From an uncultured Chloroflexia bacterium (GTDB taxonomy: Bacteria > Chloroflexota > Limnocylindria > Limnocylindrales > CSP1-4), in assembly GCA_963749705.1 (NCBI GenBank), contig CAVVNQ010000007.1, positions 32,001-96,000 on the forward strand: a stretch of DNA of 64,000 bases. The letters run 5' to 3'. A program made the position numbers and the translations under genes. The notes beneath the pieces were generated by a model. It was not told the DNA's origin. It saw only the letters and a list, made by a program, of their open reading frames with translations, and did not search any database. The first letter of the stretch is position 1. Each line of letters opens with the position of its first letter. Below are positions 1 to 10,431 of the stretch, one piece after another.

Positions 1-108
1 ATCACCGGTCGATGATCTGGCAGAAGCGGCTGCGGGGCCGATGGGTCAGCACGGATTCGCTCCAAGTGGCCCTGTCCGATGTGGCTGGCTCGCTGGCACC
101 GTCGCGGC

Positions 109-1011
109 ATGACCGTCTATGTCTGGCAGCAGGCGATGGACCCTGGGTTCCCGCTCGCCGTCATCGAGTACGAGGCGCATGGGGACCGCGATCCCATGCA
201 CTGGCACGATCACCTCGAGATCGCCCTGGTGCTGGATGGCCGGGGCGCGTTCCGCTTCGGCCGGCGCTCGCTGCCGGCCCGGGCCGGCGACCTGTTCTTC
301 ATCGACAACTCGCAGCCGCACGTCGCGGTGGCCGAGCCCGGATCGTCGATCCGCCTGCTGCTGGTCCTGTTCCGCCCGGAGCTGATCGCTGGCCCGGGTT
401 GTCGGGAGCTGGACCTGGGCTACCTGGCGCCGTTCCGGATCGACGAGCGGACGGCATCCGCGCGGATCTGCGGCGAGACACCGCTGGCCGCCGAGCTTGC
501 GCCCATCCTCCACGAGCTTCGCGCGACCTGGGAGCGGCACGACGCGGCGGAGCGCCACCTGGCGGATGCAACGCTCCGGCGCGTGCTCGCGCTGGTCAAT
601 CGGGCGGGCTCCGCGGGCGTGCCGTCGGCGTCCGCGCGGGCGGCCGCCGATCGTCGCGAGCAGATCCGGCCGGTCCTCGCCTACGTCGACCGCCACTGCC
701 GCGAGAGCATCACCCTCGACGACGTGGCCGACATCGCCCACGTGAGCACGTCGCGCGTCCGCCACGTGTTCAAGGACGTCACCGGCGTGAGCTTCAAGGA
801 GTACGTGACGCAGGTCCGGGTCGCCGAGGCGAAGCGGCTGCTGCTTGCCAGCGACCTGTCGGTCGCCGAGATCGCCCGGGCCGTCAGCTACACCAACCTG
901 TACCAGTTCTACAAGGTCTTCTACCGCTCGTGCTCGATGTCGCCCGGCGAGTACCGGCGGTACTACACCCCGGCAGGCGGCGAGGCCGTGGAGGCCATCG
1001 CCCGCGCGTGA
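109..1011 (+). CDS. AraC family transcriptional regulator (cupin sensor + HTH)
   Basis: N-terminal cupin motif HWHDHLEI; C-terminal AraC HTH ([13 protein letters not shown]...FKDVTG...EAKRLL...FYKVF). Start placed at ATG 109; the ORF is open from 79. Confidence 0.9.
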   Translation: MTVYVWQQAMDPGFPLAVIEYEAHGDRDPMHWHDHLEIALVLDGRGAFRFGRRSLPARAGDLFFIDNSQPHVAVAEPGSSIRLLLVLFRPELIAGPGCRELDLGYLAPFRIDERTASARICGETPLAAELAPILHELRATWERHDAAERHLADATLRRVLALVNRAGSAGVPSASARAAADRREQIRPVLAYVDRHCRESITLDDVADIAHVSTSRVRHVFKDVTGVSFKEYVTQVRVAEAKRLLLASDLSVAEIARAVSYTNLYQFYKVFYRSCSMSPGEYRRYYTPAGGEAVEAIARA

Positions 1012-1127
1012 GACGGGCCGGGCCACGGCGCGTCCGAGGTCGTCTATACAATCTCAGGCGACGAACTGAATCTCGGTCCCGAACGCCCCCTGGAGGTCGA
1101 CCGACGCAGCCACGAGGAGCCGACGCC

Positions 1128-2330
1128 ATGCGGACGCACGCGATCACGATCCTGGGCACCGGGTTCATCGCCGACTTCTACGCCACGACGCTGCACCGCC
1201 TGCGCAGCCATGACCGGATCCGCGTCGCGTACGCGCGCAACGAGGATCGGGGCAGGGCGTTCGGCGAGCGGTGGGGGATCCCGGACGTCACCACGGACAT
1301 GGACGCGGCCATCCGCCACCCGGAGACCGACGTGGTCGTGGTCGCCCTGCCCAACCACCTCCACGAGGAGGCGGTGACGGCCGTTGCCGCTGCCGGCAAG
1401 GCGGTCCTGTGCACGAAGCCGCTGGGCCGCAACGCCGAGGAGGCGCGCCGGATGCTGGCCGCCGTCGAGGAGGCGGGCGTGTTCGCGGGCTACCTCGAGG
1501 ACCTTGCCTATACCCCGAAGTCGCTCAAGGCGGTCGCGTCCGTCCAGGCCGGCGCGCTGGGCGAGATCACGTGGGTACGGGCACGCGAGGCGCATCCGGG
1601 ACCGCACAGCGCGTGGTTCTGGGACGGCCGGCTGACGGGCGGTGGCGCGATCATCGATCTCGGCTGCCACTGCATCGAGATCATCCGCAGCTTCGTCGGC
1701 AAGGGCAACCGGCCGGTCGAGGTGATGTGCCACACGGACACGCTCGTGCACCCCATCGACGACGAGGACAACGCGGTCGCGCTGATCCGGTTCGAGTCGG
1801 GGGCGCTCGGCCAGTTCGAGGTGAGCTGGACGTTCCGGGGCGGGATGGACCTGCGCGACGAGGTCGCGGGCACCGAGGGCACGATCTGGCTCAACCACTT
1901 CCTGCGGACCGGGTACGAGATGTTCACCGCCGGCGGCAGCGGCGGCTACGTGGCCGAGAAGGCCGAGACCGCCGCCGGCTGGCTGTTCCCGGTGGGCGAC
2001 GAGGTGGCCGAGCTCGGCTACGTCGACATGTTCGACGACATGTTCGAGGCGATCGACGGCGGCGCGGCGCCGCGCGAGACGTTCTGGGACGGGTACGTGG
2101 TCAACGCCGTCATGGACGCGGCCTACCGCTCGGCTCGCAGCGGCGCCTGGGCGCCGGTCGAGCTGTTCGAATGGCGTGGCGGCACGACGCCGCGGATCGC
2201 GCGCAGCCCGGAGATGCACGAGGGCAAGGTGGTCATCAAGCGCGAGGTCCTCCCCGACGGGCGCCAAAAGCTGATCCTCAAGGATCCCGCGACCGGTGAC
2301 TTCATCGACCGGGTGGTCGGTGCGGCATGA
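1128..2330 (+). CDS. Gfo/Idh/MocA family oxidoreductase
   Basis: ILGTGFIA Rossmann start, CTKP (variant of EKP), [11 protein letters not shown]; GAGGAG RBS before ATG 1128. Confidence 0.9.
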   Translation: MRTHAITILGTGFIADFYATTLHRLRSHDRIRVAYARNEDRGRAFGERWGIPDVTTDMDAAIRHPETDVVVVALPNHLHEEAVTAVAAAGKAVLCTKPLGRNAEEARRMLAAVEEAGVFAGYLEDLAYTPKSLKAVASVQAGALGEITWVRAREAHPGPHSAWFWDGRLTGGGAIIDLGCHCIEIIRSFVGKGNRPVEVMCHTDTLVHPIDDEDNAVALIRFESGALGQFEVSWTFRGGMDLRDEVAGTEGTIWLNHFLRTGYEMFTAGGSGGYVAEKAETAAGWLFPVGDEVAELGYVDMFDDMFEAIDGGAAPRETFWDGYVVNAVMDAAYRSARSGAWAPVELFEWRGGTTPRIARSPEMHEGKVVIKREVLPDGRQKLILKDPATGDFIDRVVGAA

Positions 2331-3556
2331 CGACCAGGCCAGCGGCACCGACCGATCGGGAGCGGCCCATGACGGCAGCCGGGACGACGACAGCGGCACC
2401 CGCGATGACCAGCCGTGAGCGGGTCCGCGCCGCGCTCGCCCACCGCGAGGCGGACCGGATCCCGTTCGACCTCGGCGGCTCGCGGATGACCGGCATCCAC
2501 GTCCGCGCCTACGAGCGCCTGCGTCCGGCGCTCGGGCTGCCGGCCCGCGAGCCGCGGATCATCGACATCACCCAGCAGCTTGCGGACGTCGAGCCTGACG
2601 TGCTCGATGCGCTGGGCTGCGACGTCCGGGTGGTGCTGCCCCGGAGTGCGTCGTCGTACAAGCGCGAGATCCGGAACGACGGCGAGCACCTGTCGTTCGT
2701 GGACGACTGGGGCGTGACGCGGCGGATGCCGCTCAACGGTGGCTTCTACTACGACGCGCACACCCAGCCGCTCGCGGGCGAGATCGATGACGAGGCGATC
2801 GAGCGGTTCGCGTGGCCCGATGCCGCCGACGACTCGCGCTACGCCGGGATGGCGGACGAGGCCCGCCGGTATGCGCTCGAGGAGCAGCGTGCGGTCCACG
2901 TCGGGTCGATCTGCAGCGGCGTGACCGAGGGGCTGTTCAAGCTGCGCGGGTTCGAGGACGGGTACATGGACCTCGCGGCCGAGCCGGCGCGTGCTCGGCG
3001 GCTGATGGAGCGGATCCTCGAGATCAAGCTCGAGTACTGGGGCCGCGTGCTGCCGCTCCTCGACGGCGTCGTCGATGTCGTGGGCGAGGCCGATGACCTG
3101 GGCGGTCAGGACCGGACGCTGTTCTCACCGGCCATGTACCGCTCCATGGTCAAGCCGCTCCACAAGGAGCTGTTCGCGTTCCTCCACGCGCACACCGACG
3201 CCAAGGTGTTCTTCCACTCCTGCGGCGCGATCCGGGAGCTGATCCCGGACCTGATCGAGATCGGCGTCGACGCCATCAACCCGGTCCAGGTGTCCGCCAC
3301 CGGTATGGACAGCGCCGAGCTCAAGCGCGAGTTCGGGCGTGACCTGACGTTCTGGGGCGGCGGCGTGGACACCCAACGGATCCTCGGGGCGGGGTCGCCG
3401 GACGAGGTCCGGGCGGAGGTGCGCCGTCGCGTCGCCGACCTCGCGCCCGGGGGCGGGTTCGTGTTCGCGACGGTGCACAACGTGCAGCCCAACGTGCCGC
3501 CGGAGAACCTGCTTGCGATGTGGTCCGAGGTCAGGGCGGCGTCCAATGGCGACTGA
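2327..3556 (+). CDS. Uroporphyrinogen decarboxylase (URO-D/MtbA-like) family protein
   Basis: MTSRERV...[28 protein letters not shown] and [12 protein letters not shown] motifs. The start may be ATG 2369 or 2405. Confidence 0.85.
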   Translation: MTTRPAAPTDRERPMTAAGTTTAAPAMTSRERVRAALAHREADRIPFDLGGSRMTGIHVRAYERLRPALGLPAREPRIIDITQQLADVEPDVLDALGCDVRVVLPRSASSYKREIRNDGEHLSFVDDWGVTRRMPLNGGFYYDAHTQPLAGEIDDEAIERFAWPDAADDSRYAGMADEARRYALEEQRAVHVGSICSGVTEGLFKLRGFEDGYMDLAAEPARARRLMERILEIKLEYWGRVLPLLDGVVDVVGEADDLGGQDRTLFSPAMYRSMVKPLHKELFAFLHAHTDAKVFFHSCGAIRELIPDLIEIGVDAINPVQVSATGMDSAELKREFGRDLTFWGGGVDTQRILGAGSPDEVRAEVRRRVADLAPGGGFVFATVHNVQPNVPPENLLAMWSEVRAASNGD

Positions 3557-4676
3557 GGTCGTCCGGGGCCGGCTGCTGCTCGATGGAGCGGTCGTTGCCG
3601 GTCGCCTATCGATCGAGGACGGCTGGATCGCCGGGGTCGAGCGTGACGATGACCCCGGTGCCCCCGATGCCTCCTTGTTCGCGCCCGGCTTCGTCGACGT
3701 CCACGTCCATGGCTGGGGCGGCCACGACGCCACCGGCGACGCCACCGCGCTGTCGGGGATGGCCAGGGCACTGCTGCGTCGCGGAGTCACCTCGTTCCTG
3801 CCCACCGCGCCGACGCTCGCGGTCGAGGAGCTGCCGCGGTTCGCGGATCGGGTGCGGCGGTGGATGCCCGGCGCCCCCGCCGACGGCGCGGAGCCGCTGG
3901 GGTTCAACCTCGAAGGGCCGCTGCTCGCACCGGCGCGCAAGGGCGCCCACGACCCTGAGCTGCTGCGTGCGCCGGCGGCGCTCGACGAGGCGACGATCGC
4001 GGCGATCCTGGACGGTCTTCGCGTGATCACCATCGCGCCCGAGCTGCCGGGTGCGCCGGCCCTGATCGAGCGGCTCGCGGCGCTGGGCGTTGCGGCATCG
4101 ATGGGTCACTCCGCCGCGACGCTGGACGAGGCGCGGGCCGGGTATCGCGCCGGCGCCCGGACGACGACCCACCTGTTCAACGCGATGACCGGCGTCGACC
4201 ACCGGGCACCCGGCCTCGCCGTCGCGGCGCTGACCGATGACGAGGCGTTCGTGGAGCTGATCGCCGACGGCCACCACGTCCATCCCTCCCTGTGGCCGAT
4301 CATCACGCGGACCAAGCCGGCCGGTCGGGTGATCCTGGTCAGCGACGCGCTGCCGCTGGCCGGGGTGGGCGATGGGCGGACCATCGTGGGCGGGCTGGCG
4401 GTGGACGTGGTCGACGGCCGGGCGACGCTGGCCGGGACGACGACCCTCGCCGGGTCGACGATCGCGCTCGACACCGCGGTGCGGAACCTCGTCGCGTCGG
4501 GGATCGCGCTCTCCCTGGCGCTCGCGGCCGCCTCGGCCAACCCGGTCGACCTGCTCGGGCTGACGGACCGGGGGCGGATCGCCGTGGGCCGGCGCGCCCA
4601 CCTGGTGGAGCTCGATGCCGCGCTACGGGTGCGCCGGGTGACCCGCGGCGCCGGCTGGATCGACGGCGCCGGCTGA
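3546..4676 (+). CDS. nagA: N-acetylglucosamine-6-phosphate deacetylase
   Basis: PGFVDVHVHG, EGP, HLFNAM, LIADGHHVHP, VSDA, LAGS and NP motifs. Confidence 0.88.
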   Translation: MATEVVRGRLLLDGAVVAGRLSIEDGWIAGVERDDDPGAPDASLFAPGFVDVHVHGWGGHDATGDATALSGMARALLRRGVTSFLPTAPTLAVEELPRFADRVRRWMPGAPADGAEPLGFNLEGPLLAPARKGAHDPELLRAPAALDEATIAAILDGLRVITIAPELPGAPALIERLAALGVAASMGHSAATLDEARAGYRAGARTTTHLFNAMTGVDHRAPGLAVAALTDDEAFVELIADGHHVHPSLWPIITRTKPAGRVILVSDALPLAGVGDGRTIVGGLAVDVVDGRATLAGTTTLAGSTIALDTAVRNLVASGIALSLALAAASANPVDLLGLTDRGRIAVGRRAHLVELDAALRVRRVTRGAGWIDGAG

Positions 4677-4707
4677 CGTTCGTTCGCCGGGTCGCGGGAG
4701 AGCTGAT

Positions 4708-4847
4708 CCCCCGGCTGGGTGCGACTCACGGGGCGCATCAAGGGTGGTGCCAGCCTTGTGGTTTGGGGCCGTCAGGCCGCGCTACGGGCGTCACGCTGGC
4801 CGCCGGAGACCTGCCTGATGCGCTGCGTGAGTCAAGGGCCCCGGGGG
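4708..4847. repeat. Long imperfect inverted repeat (~140 nt hairpin) between convergent genes
   Basis: CCCCCGG(4708-4714)/CCGGGGG(4841-4847); GACTCACGGGGCGCATCA(4723-4740)/TGATGCGCTGCGTGAGTC(4816-4833) match at 16/18; inner GCCAGC/GCTGGC stem. Confidence 0.6.
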
Positions 4848-4904
4848 CCTGTGCGGCAAGACGAGCTCGGCCTTGTTTTCTGACGATCACGCCCAGGGCG
4901 CTGC

Positions 4905-5156
4905 CTATCGGACGACACCGGCGACCCGATCTCGAACGTCCGCTCCGGGTTCGTCGGGGGTCCAGCGCAGGATGTCGCCCGGCTGGCAATCGAGGACCCG
5001 GCAGATCGCGTCGAGGGTTGTGAACCGGATCGCCCTGGCACGCCCGTTCTTCAACACGGCGACGTTCGCGGGGGTGATGCCAACGGCCGCAGCGAAGTCG
5101 CCCACGGACATCTTCCGGCGGGCCAGCATGACGTCCAGGTCCACAACGAGGGCCAT
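4905..5156 (-). CDS. XRE/Cro-C1 HTH transcriptional regulator (YozG-like)
   Basis: MALVVDLDVMLARRKMSVGDFAAAVGITPANVAVLKNGRARAIRFTTLDAICRVLDCQPGDIL is typical of this family; its start overlaps the DUF2975 stop. Confidence 0.92.
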   Translation of the reverse strand: MALVVDLDVMLARRKMSVGDFAAAVGITPANVAVLKNGRARAIRFTTLDAICRVLDCQPGDILRWTPDEPGADVRDRVAGVVR

Positions 5157-5632
5157 CAGATCACCTCGTCGAGCTCGGCTCGATCGGCGACTGCCGCCAT
5201 GAGCAGGCCCCGCATGAGGACCATGAGCAGCACGAACGCGAGGCCCGCGGCGATGCAGCCGCCGAGGTAGTAGACCATCGGTCCGCCACCACCGGGCACG
5301 ACGGCGAGCATGTGGATCAGGACCAGGCCTGCCAGGGACGTGGCGACCGCCCCGCAGGTCACGATCAGATCGACCCAGCGCACGGCCCGGCGCGTGAAGA
5401 TGGTCCCGTCGTCCACGAGCGACAGCAACCGCCAGGTGGCGAGCAGCGCCACCTGGCCGCATCCGATGAACAGGATCGCGGCCAGGGAGTATGGGACGAC
5501 GAGGTGGGCAACCTCAGGGAACCGCGCCCCGACCTCGGACGCGTAGACCGGCACGAGGATCTGCGCGAGCACGGACCCGAGAAGGAGCACGAGGAGGGCG
5601 ACGCGCAGTAGGTGACTCGGGAGCTTCTTCAT
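5156..5632 (-). CDS. DUF2975 membrane protein
   Basis: Four hydrophobic segments, C-terminal RAELDEVI, and the usual pairing with a YozG-like HTH gene. Confidence 0.85.
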   Translation of the reverse strand: MKKLPSHLLRVALLVLLLGSVLAQILVPVYASEVGARFPEVAHLVVPYSLAAILFIGCGQVALLATWRLLSLVDDGTIFTRRAVRWVDLIVTCGAVATSLAGLVLIHMLAVVPGGGGPMVYYLGGCIAAGLAFVLLMVLMRGLLMAAVADRAELDEVI

Positions 5633-5634
5633 CT

Positions 5635-5668
5635 ATCGAGCATCGATCTGTTTCAATCGACTGTCAAT
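5635..5668 (-). promoter_or_regulatory. Leaderless sigma70-type promoter overlapped by two palindromic operator-like boxes
   Basis: On the minus strand: TTGACA (5667-5662), 17 nt, GATGCT (5644-5639), 6 nt, ATG. Boxes ATCGA-GCA-TCGAT (5635-5647) and ATCGA-CTG-TCAAT (5656-5668). Confidence 0.65.
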
Positions 5669-5910
5669 AGTCCGGTCGGCACGCGGATGCTGACCGCCAC
5701 CACAATTCCTGCCGCACGTGGCCCGGGGGTTCTCTACCCCGTGGGGCGGTTGCGACCACAACGAACCCAGTCACGCCGGCAGGACGCAGCCGCCACCCGT
5801 CGCAGCGTGGACAACAGGCGCGGAGGGAGCCCGAGCCGAGCCTGGGTGCGCGATGATGACGCCGTCCGCCGCAGGGTTGAGGCAGCCGGGACAGCCAGGG
5901 AGGATCGAGG

Positions 5911-6390
5911 ATGTTCAGACCGCGGCTGCCGATGCGTCGTACGAGCGAGCGCGGGCACCGCCGACAAGCCGGCAGGATCCCGGAGGTCGCCCTCCCGGCC
6001 GAGGCCGCCGGCATTGTGGAGCGCGCCCGCCACCTGACGGCTGGCGAGATCGACCAACTCGACCTGGCTGAAGCGGAAGGGGCAGCCACGCGGGAGGTCA
6101 TCTGGCACGTCCTGCGGGACCAGATCGACGGGGCGGGGTTGAAGGCCGAGCGCATGACAGCCCGGAATGCCGCGTGGGCGGCCGTCGAGCTGGCGGGCGC
6201 AGAGGCCGGCATCCCGGTACCGCCCGATGATCGGTCCTGGCGGCGCATGGGGGGGCGAGGCACCGGCGCGGCCCGGGCGGCGCGCTACGCCGCATGCCTG
6301 CTGGTCAGCCGCCAGCACGTCGACCCCGAGGTCTGCGATCTCATGATCGCTCCGTGGGCACGCGTGGTCGGCGAGCCGGACGGCTCCTGA
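5911..6390 (+). CDS. Hypothetical protein
   Basis: 159-aa ORF with GGAGG RBS and protein-like composition; no family recognised. Confidence 0.6.
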   Translation: MFRPRLPMRRTSERGHRRQAGRIPEVALPAEAAGIVERARHLTAGEIDQLDLAEAEGAATREVIWHVLRDQIDGAGLKAERMTARNAAWAAVELAGAEAGIPVPPDDRSWRRMGGRGTGAARAARYAACLLVSRQHVDPEVCDLMIAPWARVVGEPDGS

Positions 6391-6414
6391 AGCTCGGACG
6401 CCCCACCCTCTGGC

Positions 6415-7248
6415 TCAGCGCGGGCGAGGCTCGCTCACGCTCCAGCCGCCGCCGACCTCGACGACCTGGCCCGTCACCATCCGCGAGTCGGCGCTCAGCA
6501 GGTGGAGCGCGACCGGCGTGACCGAATCGGGATCGATCGGTCCGCCCGCGAGCGGCTGCCGGCCCGCGAGGTAGGCGAGGATGGCCGGGTCCTCCTGCGC
6601 GCGACGGCTCATCGGGGTCGCGACCAGCGCGGGCGCGATCGCGTTGACCCGGATGCGCTCCGGCGCGTAGTACGCCGCGACGGCGCGCGTGAACGCGTCG
6701 ATGGCGCCCTTGCTCGCCGCGTACGCATGGGTCGCGAAATGGGCGGGTGCCGGATGCGTCGCGAGCACGCTCGACATCATCAGGATCACGCCGCGCTCGC
6801 CGCCGGCATCGGGTTCCTGGACGAGCATCCGGCGGATGGCTCCGCGGGCCACCAGGAACTGGCTCGTCGCATTCGATGCCAGCACCGTCTCCCAGCCTTC
6901 GAGCGTCGCCTCGTGGACCGGTCCATCGCCGAACCGGCGTCCGCTGATCCCGGCCACGCTGTACACCGCGTCCAGCCGCCCGAGCTGCCGGTCGAAGGCC
7001 TGGAACGCGTGATCGACGTCAGCCTCGTCGCGCAGATCCGCCGCCTCCGCGGCGCACCGGCCGCCTGAGCGCTCGATCTCCGCCGCGAGCTCGGCGGCGT
7101 GTTCCTCGGTCCTGGACACGACGAGCACCGACCCGCCCTCGGCCGCGATCGCGCGCGCCGCCGAGGCGGCCAGGCCCGTCGACCCGGTCACGAGCACGTT
7201 GCGGCCGGCGAACCGCCCGCCGCTGACCGGGCCCGTCGATCCGGTCAC
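6415..7248 (-). CDS. SDR family oxidoreductase
   Basis: VLVTGSTGLA, YAASKG catalytic motif, IRVNAIAP, VTGQVVEVGGG; GTG start at 7248. Confidence 0.88.
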   Translation of the reverse strand: MTGSTGPVSGGRFAGRNVLVTGSTGLAASAARAIAAEGGSVLVVSRTEEHAAELAAEIERSGGRCAAEAADLRDEADVDHAFQAFDRQLGRLDAVYSVAGISGRRFGDGPVHEATLEGWETVLASNATSQFLVARGAIRRMLVQEPDAGGERGVILMMSSVLATHPAPAHFATHAYAASKGAIDAFTRAVAAYYAPERIRVNAIAPALVATPMSRRAQEDPAILAYLAGRQPLAGGPIDPDSVTPVALHLLSADSRMVTGQVVEVGGGWSVSEPRPR

Positions 7249-7303
7249 GAGACCGCCGGCCCGCCCGGGTTCACGGTGCGGCCGGGGAACCGAGCGCCAT
7301 CGG

Positions 7304-7954
7304 TCAACGCCGGACCTCGCGGGGCGCGACGGACTCGACGATCGACCGCCGGGTGGCGGTATCTCCCAGCGCCAGTGCGGTGCCGATCCCGACCGCGGCC
7401 GCCCCGGACTCGAGATACGCGGCGGCGCTGGCCGCATCGATGCCGCCGGTCGGGATGAGCTGCGCGTCGGGCATCGAGCCACGGAGCCCGCGCACGAATG
7501 CCGGCCCGACCGACGCGGCCGGGAACAGCTTGACGAACGTGGCTCCGGCCGCCCACGCGGTCGCGATCTCGGTCGGCGTGAACGCACCGGGGATGAACGG
7601 CATGGCCTCGTCGACGGCGGTCGCCACGAGCGACGGGTCGAGCAGCGGCGCGACGGCGAAGTCGGCGCCCGCCCGGCGGGCCGCCTCGAGCTCGTTCCGC
7701 CGGAGCACGCTGCCGGCGCCGACCAGGAACGGTCCGTCCGTCCGCGCCTGCAGGTGGGCCCGTACCGCGGCGAGGTCGGTCTCGGCCGTGTGCGTCTCGA
7801 GCCGGATCTCGAACACCCTCGCGCCCGCATCCGCGAGCTCCTCGACGAGCGCGAGCAGGCCGACGTCGGCACTGGTCGGGCGGAGCACCGCGAGCAGCCG
7901 GTGACGGCGGATGAGGTCGGCGATCGGCCCGGACCTGAGTGTGTCGACGGTCAT
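7304..7954 (-). CDS. eda: KDPG/KHG aldolase family protein
   Basis: LAVLR, FEI, VGAGSV, GADFAVAP, PGAFTPTEI, VKLFPA and PTGGI motifs. Confidence 0.88.
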   Translation of the reverse strand: MTVDTLRSGPIADLIRRHRLLAVLRPTSADVGLLALVEELADAGARVFEIRLETHTAETDLAAVRAHLQARTDGPFLVGAGSVLRRNELEAARRAGADFAVAPLLDPSLVATAVDEAMPFIPGAFTPTEIATAWAAGATFVKLFPAASVGPAFVRGLRGSMPDAQLIPTGGIDAASAAAYLESGAAAVGIGTALALGDTATRRSIVESVAPREVRR

Positions 7955-9252
7955 CCTGTCCCTACCTCCATGCCGATCGTGTCCAGCAGCGCGCCGTCGG
8001 CCAGCAGCCGCTCCCGGATATCACCCGCCGGCACGGCCCGCGGTGTCATGCCGCCCGCGGCGGCGAGCATGGCGGCCGTTCCGGCGGCCTGGCCCATGGC
8101 CATGCAGGTTGCCATCGATCGCGCCGACGCGTGCGCATCGTGCGTCGCGGAGAAGCAGCGGCCCGCAACGAGGAGGCCTTCGATGCCCGCCGGGAGGAGG
8201 CACCGGTAGGGGATGCCGTACACGCCCCGGTCGCCCACGTAGTCCCACGCCGTGTCGCCGCCGGCATGGTGATCCTCGATCGGCGCCCCGCACAGCGCGA
8301 TCTCGTCCGCGAACCGTCGTCCGCCGAGCACGTCATCGCGGGTCAGCCGGTGGTCGCCGTGGATGCGCCGGCTCTCGCGGATCCCGATCGCGGGGCTGGT
8401 CGCGACGATCACGGCCTGCTCGAACCCGGGAACGCGATCCCGGAGGAACCGGTGGTACTCCTGGACCTGGCGCCGGCCCTCGACCTCGGCGCGGGTGAGC
8501 TGCTCCGGGTCGGTCGCGTCGACGTTCGGGATCCGGGTCATGTGGACGAGGACGACGCCCGGGTACGGCGTCCGGTGCCACGAGCCCTCGATCCGCGGCA
8601 GGCGATATCGCCCCTCCGCTGCCGCCTCGCGCATCCGCGCCACCAGCTCAGCCCTCGATACCGCGCGAGCGCGCTCGACGTCCACATTGGCGACCTTGAA
8701 CAGCGTGGACAGCGACTGGACCTGTCCGGTGGTGGTGGCGTCGTCGTACCGGGCGCCCGCCATCGCGCTGACATCGGCGTCCCCCGAGGCATCCACGAAC
8801 ACCGCGGCCTCGACCCATCGCTCGCCGCCCTTGTTCCACAGCCGGATCGCGGTCAGCCGGCCGTCGTCCGCGACGCGCGCGCCGGTCGCCCAGGTGTGGA
8901 GCAGCAGCTCGACCCCGGCGTCCTCGGCGAGTCGCTCCCAGAGCACCTTGAGCGCCTCGGCGTCGTAGGTCACCCCGGTGCCGGCGCCATAGGTGTTGGG
9001 GCGCTCGAAGGCGACGCCGTCCTCGGTCAGCCGTTGCGCGACCTCCCAGCCGAGGCCGCCGACGACCCTCCGCGGCCGCTCGCCCGGCGTGTAGAACGCG
9101 TAGAACGTGTCCAGGACGGCGGTCGATGTCCCGCCCATGAACGCGAGCCGGTCGAGGAGCAGCGTGCGCGCGCCGAGCCGGGCGGCCGTGATCGCGGCGG
9201 CCGAGCCGGCGGCGCCCGATCCGATGACCACGACGTCGAACGGCCCCGTCAA
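7951..9252 (-). CDS. FAD-dependent oxidoreductase (FAD_oxidored family)
   Basis: DVVVIGSGAAG, VDASGDAD, GIRESRRI, YGIPYRCLLP, VAGRCFSATH and MAMGQAAG motifs. Confidence 0.88.
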   Translation of the reverse strand: MTGPFDVVVIGSGAAGSAAAITAARLGARTLLLDRLAFMGGTSTAVLDTFYAFYTPGERPRRVVGGLGWEVAQRLTEDGVAFERPNTYGAGTGVTYDAEALKVLWERLAEDAGVELLLHTWATGARVADDGRLTAIRLWNKGGERWVEAAVFVDASGDADVSAMAGARYDDATTTGQVQSLSTLFKVANVDVERARAVSRAELVARMREAAAEGRYRLPRIEGSWHRTPYPGVVLVHMTRIPNVDATDPEQLTRAEVEGRRQVQEYHRFLRDRVPGFEQAVIVATSPAIGIRESRRIHGDHRLTRDDVLGGRRFADEIALCGAPIEDHHAGGDTAWDYVGDRGVYGIPYRCLLPAGIEGLLVAGRCFSATHDAHASARSMATCMAMGQAAGTAAMLAAAGGMTPRAVPAGDIRERLLADGALLDTIGMEVGTG

Positions 9253-10244
9253 GCGCCCGCTCCGTCGACCCGAACCGCGCCGGCCGCGGCGCCCGCACCG
9301 CCGCCGATGGCGTACAGCCGGGCCGGGTTGCGGACCAGGATCAGGTCCGCGGCGTCGTCGCCCAGCCGCCGCCGCAGTCGCGGCACGAAGGTGGCCATCA
9401 GGTACCGCAGCCCGGGCCCTCCCTCGTAGGCACGCAGGTAGCCGCGCTGGCCGAGGTCGAGGCCGAGCACGATCCGATCGAGATGCCCCGCCGCTGCCAC
9501 GGCCTCGATCAGGTCGAGCACCGTGCTGTCCGGGTGGTACTTGGTCCGCCCGATCGTGTCGTACTCGAGGGTCACGCCCCTGGCCGCGATCTCGGCGTGG
9601 AGCTCGGCGTCCGGGTTGCGATCGAGGTGCGCGAGCGCGACCCGCCCGGGGGCTGCCCCGGCCGCCACCAGCGCGTCGACGATCTCGTGACCGGCGGTCC
9701 CGATCTCGGTGTGGACGAGCACGGCGGCACCGGTCGCGGCGCTCGCGCCGCCGATGGCCTCGAGCCGTCGTCGCTCGCCACGCGTGATCCGGTGGTAGGA
9801 CGCCCCGCCCTTGATCGCGCCCGCACGGGCGGGGTCCGGCGGCAGCCCGGGGTCGAGCCAGTCGGCGGGGTGCATGCCCACCGTGAGGTCGGCGACGACC
9901 CGGTCCGCGAGCACCTCGACGGGGGCCGAGTGGACCCAGTGGTCCGCGGGGTAGTGCCAGTCACGGTGGTACCCGGTGGCGGCGACGATCGTGACCCCGG
10001 TCGCCCCGGCGATCGCCCGCAGCCGGTCCGGCCGGCGCCCCAGCCCGATCGGCGTCATCTCGACGATCGTGCCGATCCCGCTCGTCCGTGCGTCGCGCAC
10101 CTCCTCGATCGAGCGCTCGACGTCCGTGAACGCGCCGGCCGGGTCGGCGGGCGAGTCGAGGATCAGGTGGTCGTGGGCATCGACCACGCCCAGCGCCGCC
10201 GCGGGACGGGGACCGGTGACGGCGATGACGTGGGCCTCGGGCAC
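9249..10244 (-). CDS. Phosphotriesterase-family (PTE/PHP-like) amidohydrolase/lactonase
   Basis: DAHDH metal motif, EMTPIGLGR, ATGYH, IK, VHT, AHLD, GLDLG; GGAGGAG RBS before GTG. Confidence 0.85.
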   Translation of the reverse strand: MPEAHVIAVTGPRPAAALGVVDAHDHLILDSPADPAGAFTDVERSIEEVRDARTSGIGTIVEMTPIGLGRRPDRLRAIAGATGVTIVAATGYHRDWHYPADHWVHSAPVEVLADRVVADLTVGMHPADWLDPGLPPDPARAGAIKGGASYHRITRGERRRLEAIGGASAATGAAVLVHTEIGTAGHEIVDALVAAGAAPGRVALAHLDRNPDAELHAEIAARGVTLEYDTIGRTKYHPDSTVLDLIEAVAAAGHLDRIVLGLDLGQRGYLRAYEGGPGLRYLMATFVPRLRRRLGDDAADLILVRNPARLYAIGGGAGAAAGAVRVDGAGA

Positions 10245-10431
10245 CCGACCCTCCTCCGCGACCGCGCCCCGGCGGGCGCCGGGCTGCTCACGATGGTACC
10301 CGCGGGACCCGCGCAAGGAACGCGGGCCGGGACCTTCGAGCCGGCGATGGGGTCCGACCTGCAGACCTGCGGGCGGAATTGCGGGCCGTTCGGCTCATTG
10401 AGCGCAGCGCCTCCGGCCCGACGCTAGAACC

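Noticed and set aside
12-2330. 772-aa ORF as a long fusion with the Gfo/Idh/MocA domain
   Set aside because: The first ~370 codons are an Arg/Pro-rich off-frame reading of the AraC gene; the real start with an RBS is at 1128.
4735-4823. Cobalamin riboswitch (GCCGGAGACCTGCC resembles the B12 box)
   Set aside because: The conserved core (GGGAA, CCACTG, GGGAAG) is missing and there is no downstream gene on that strand.
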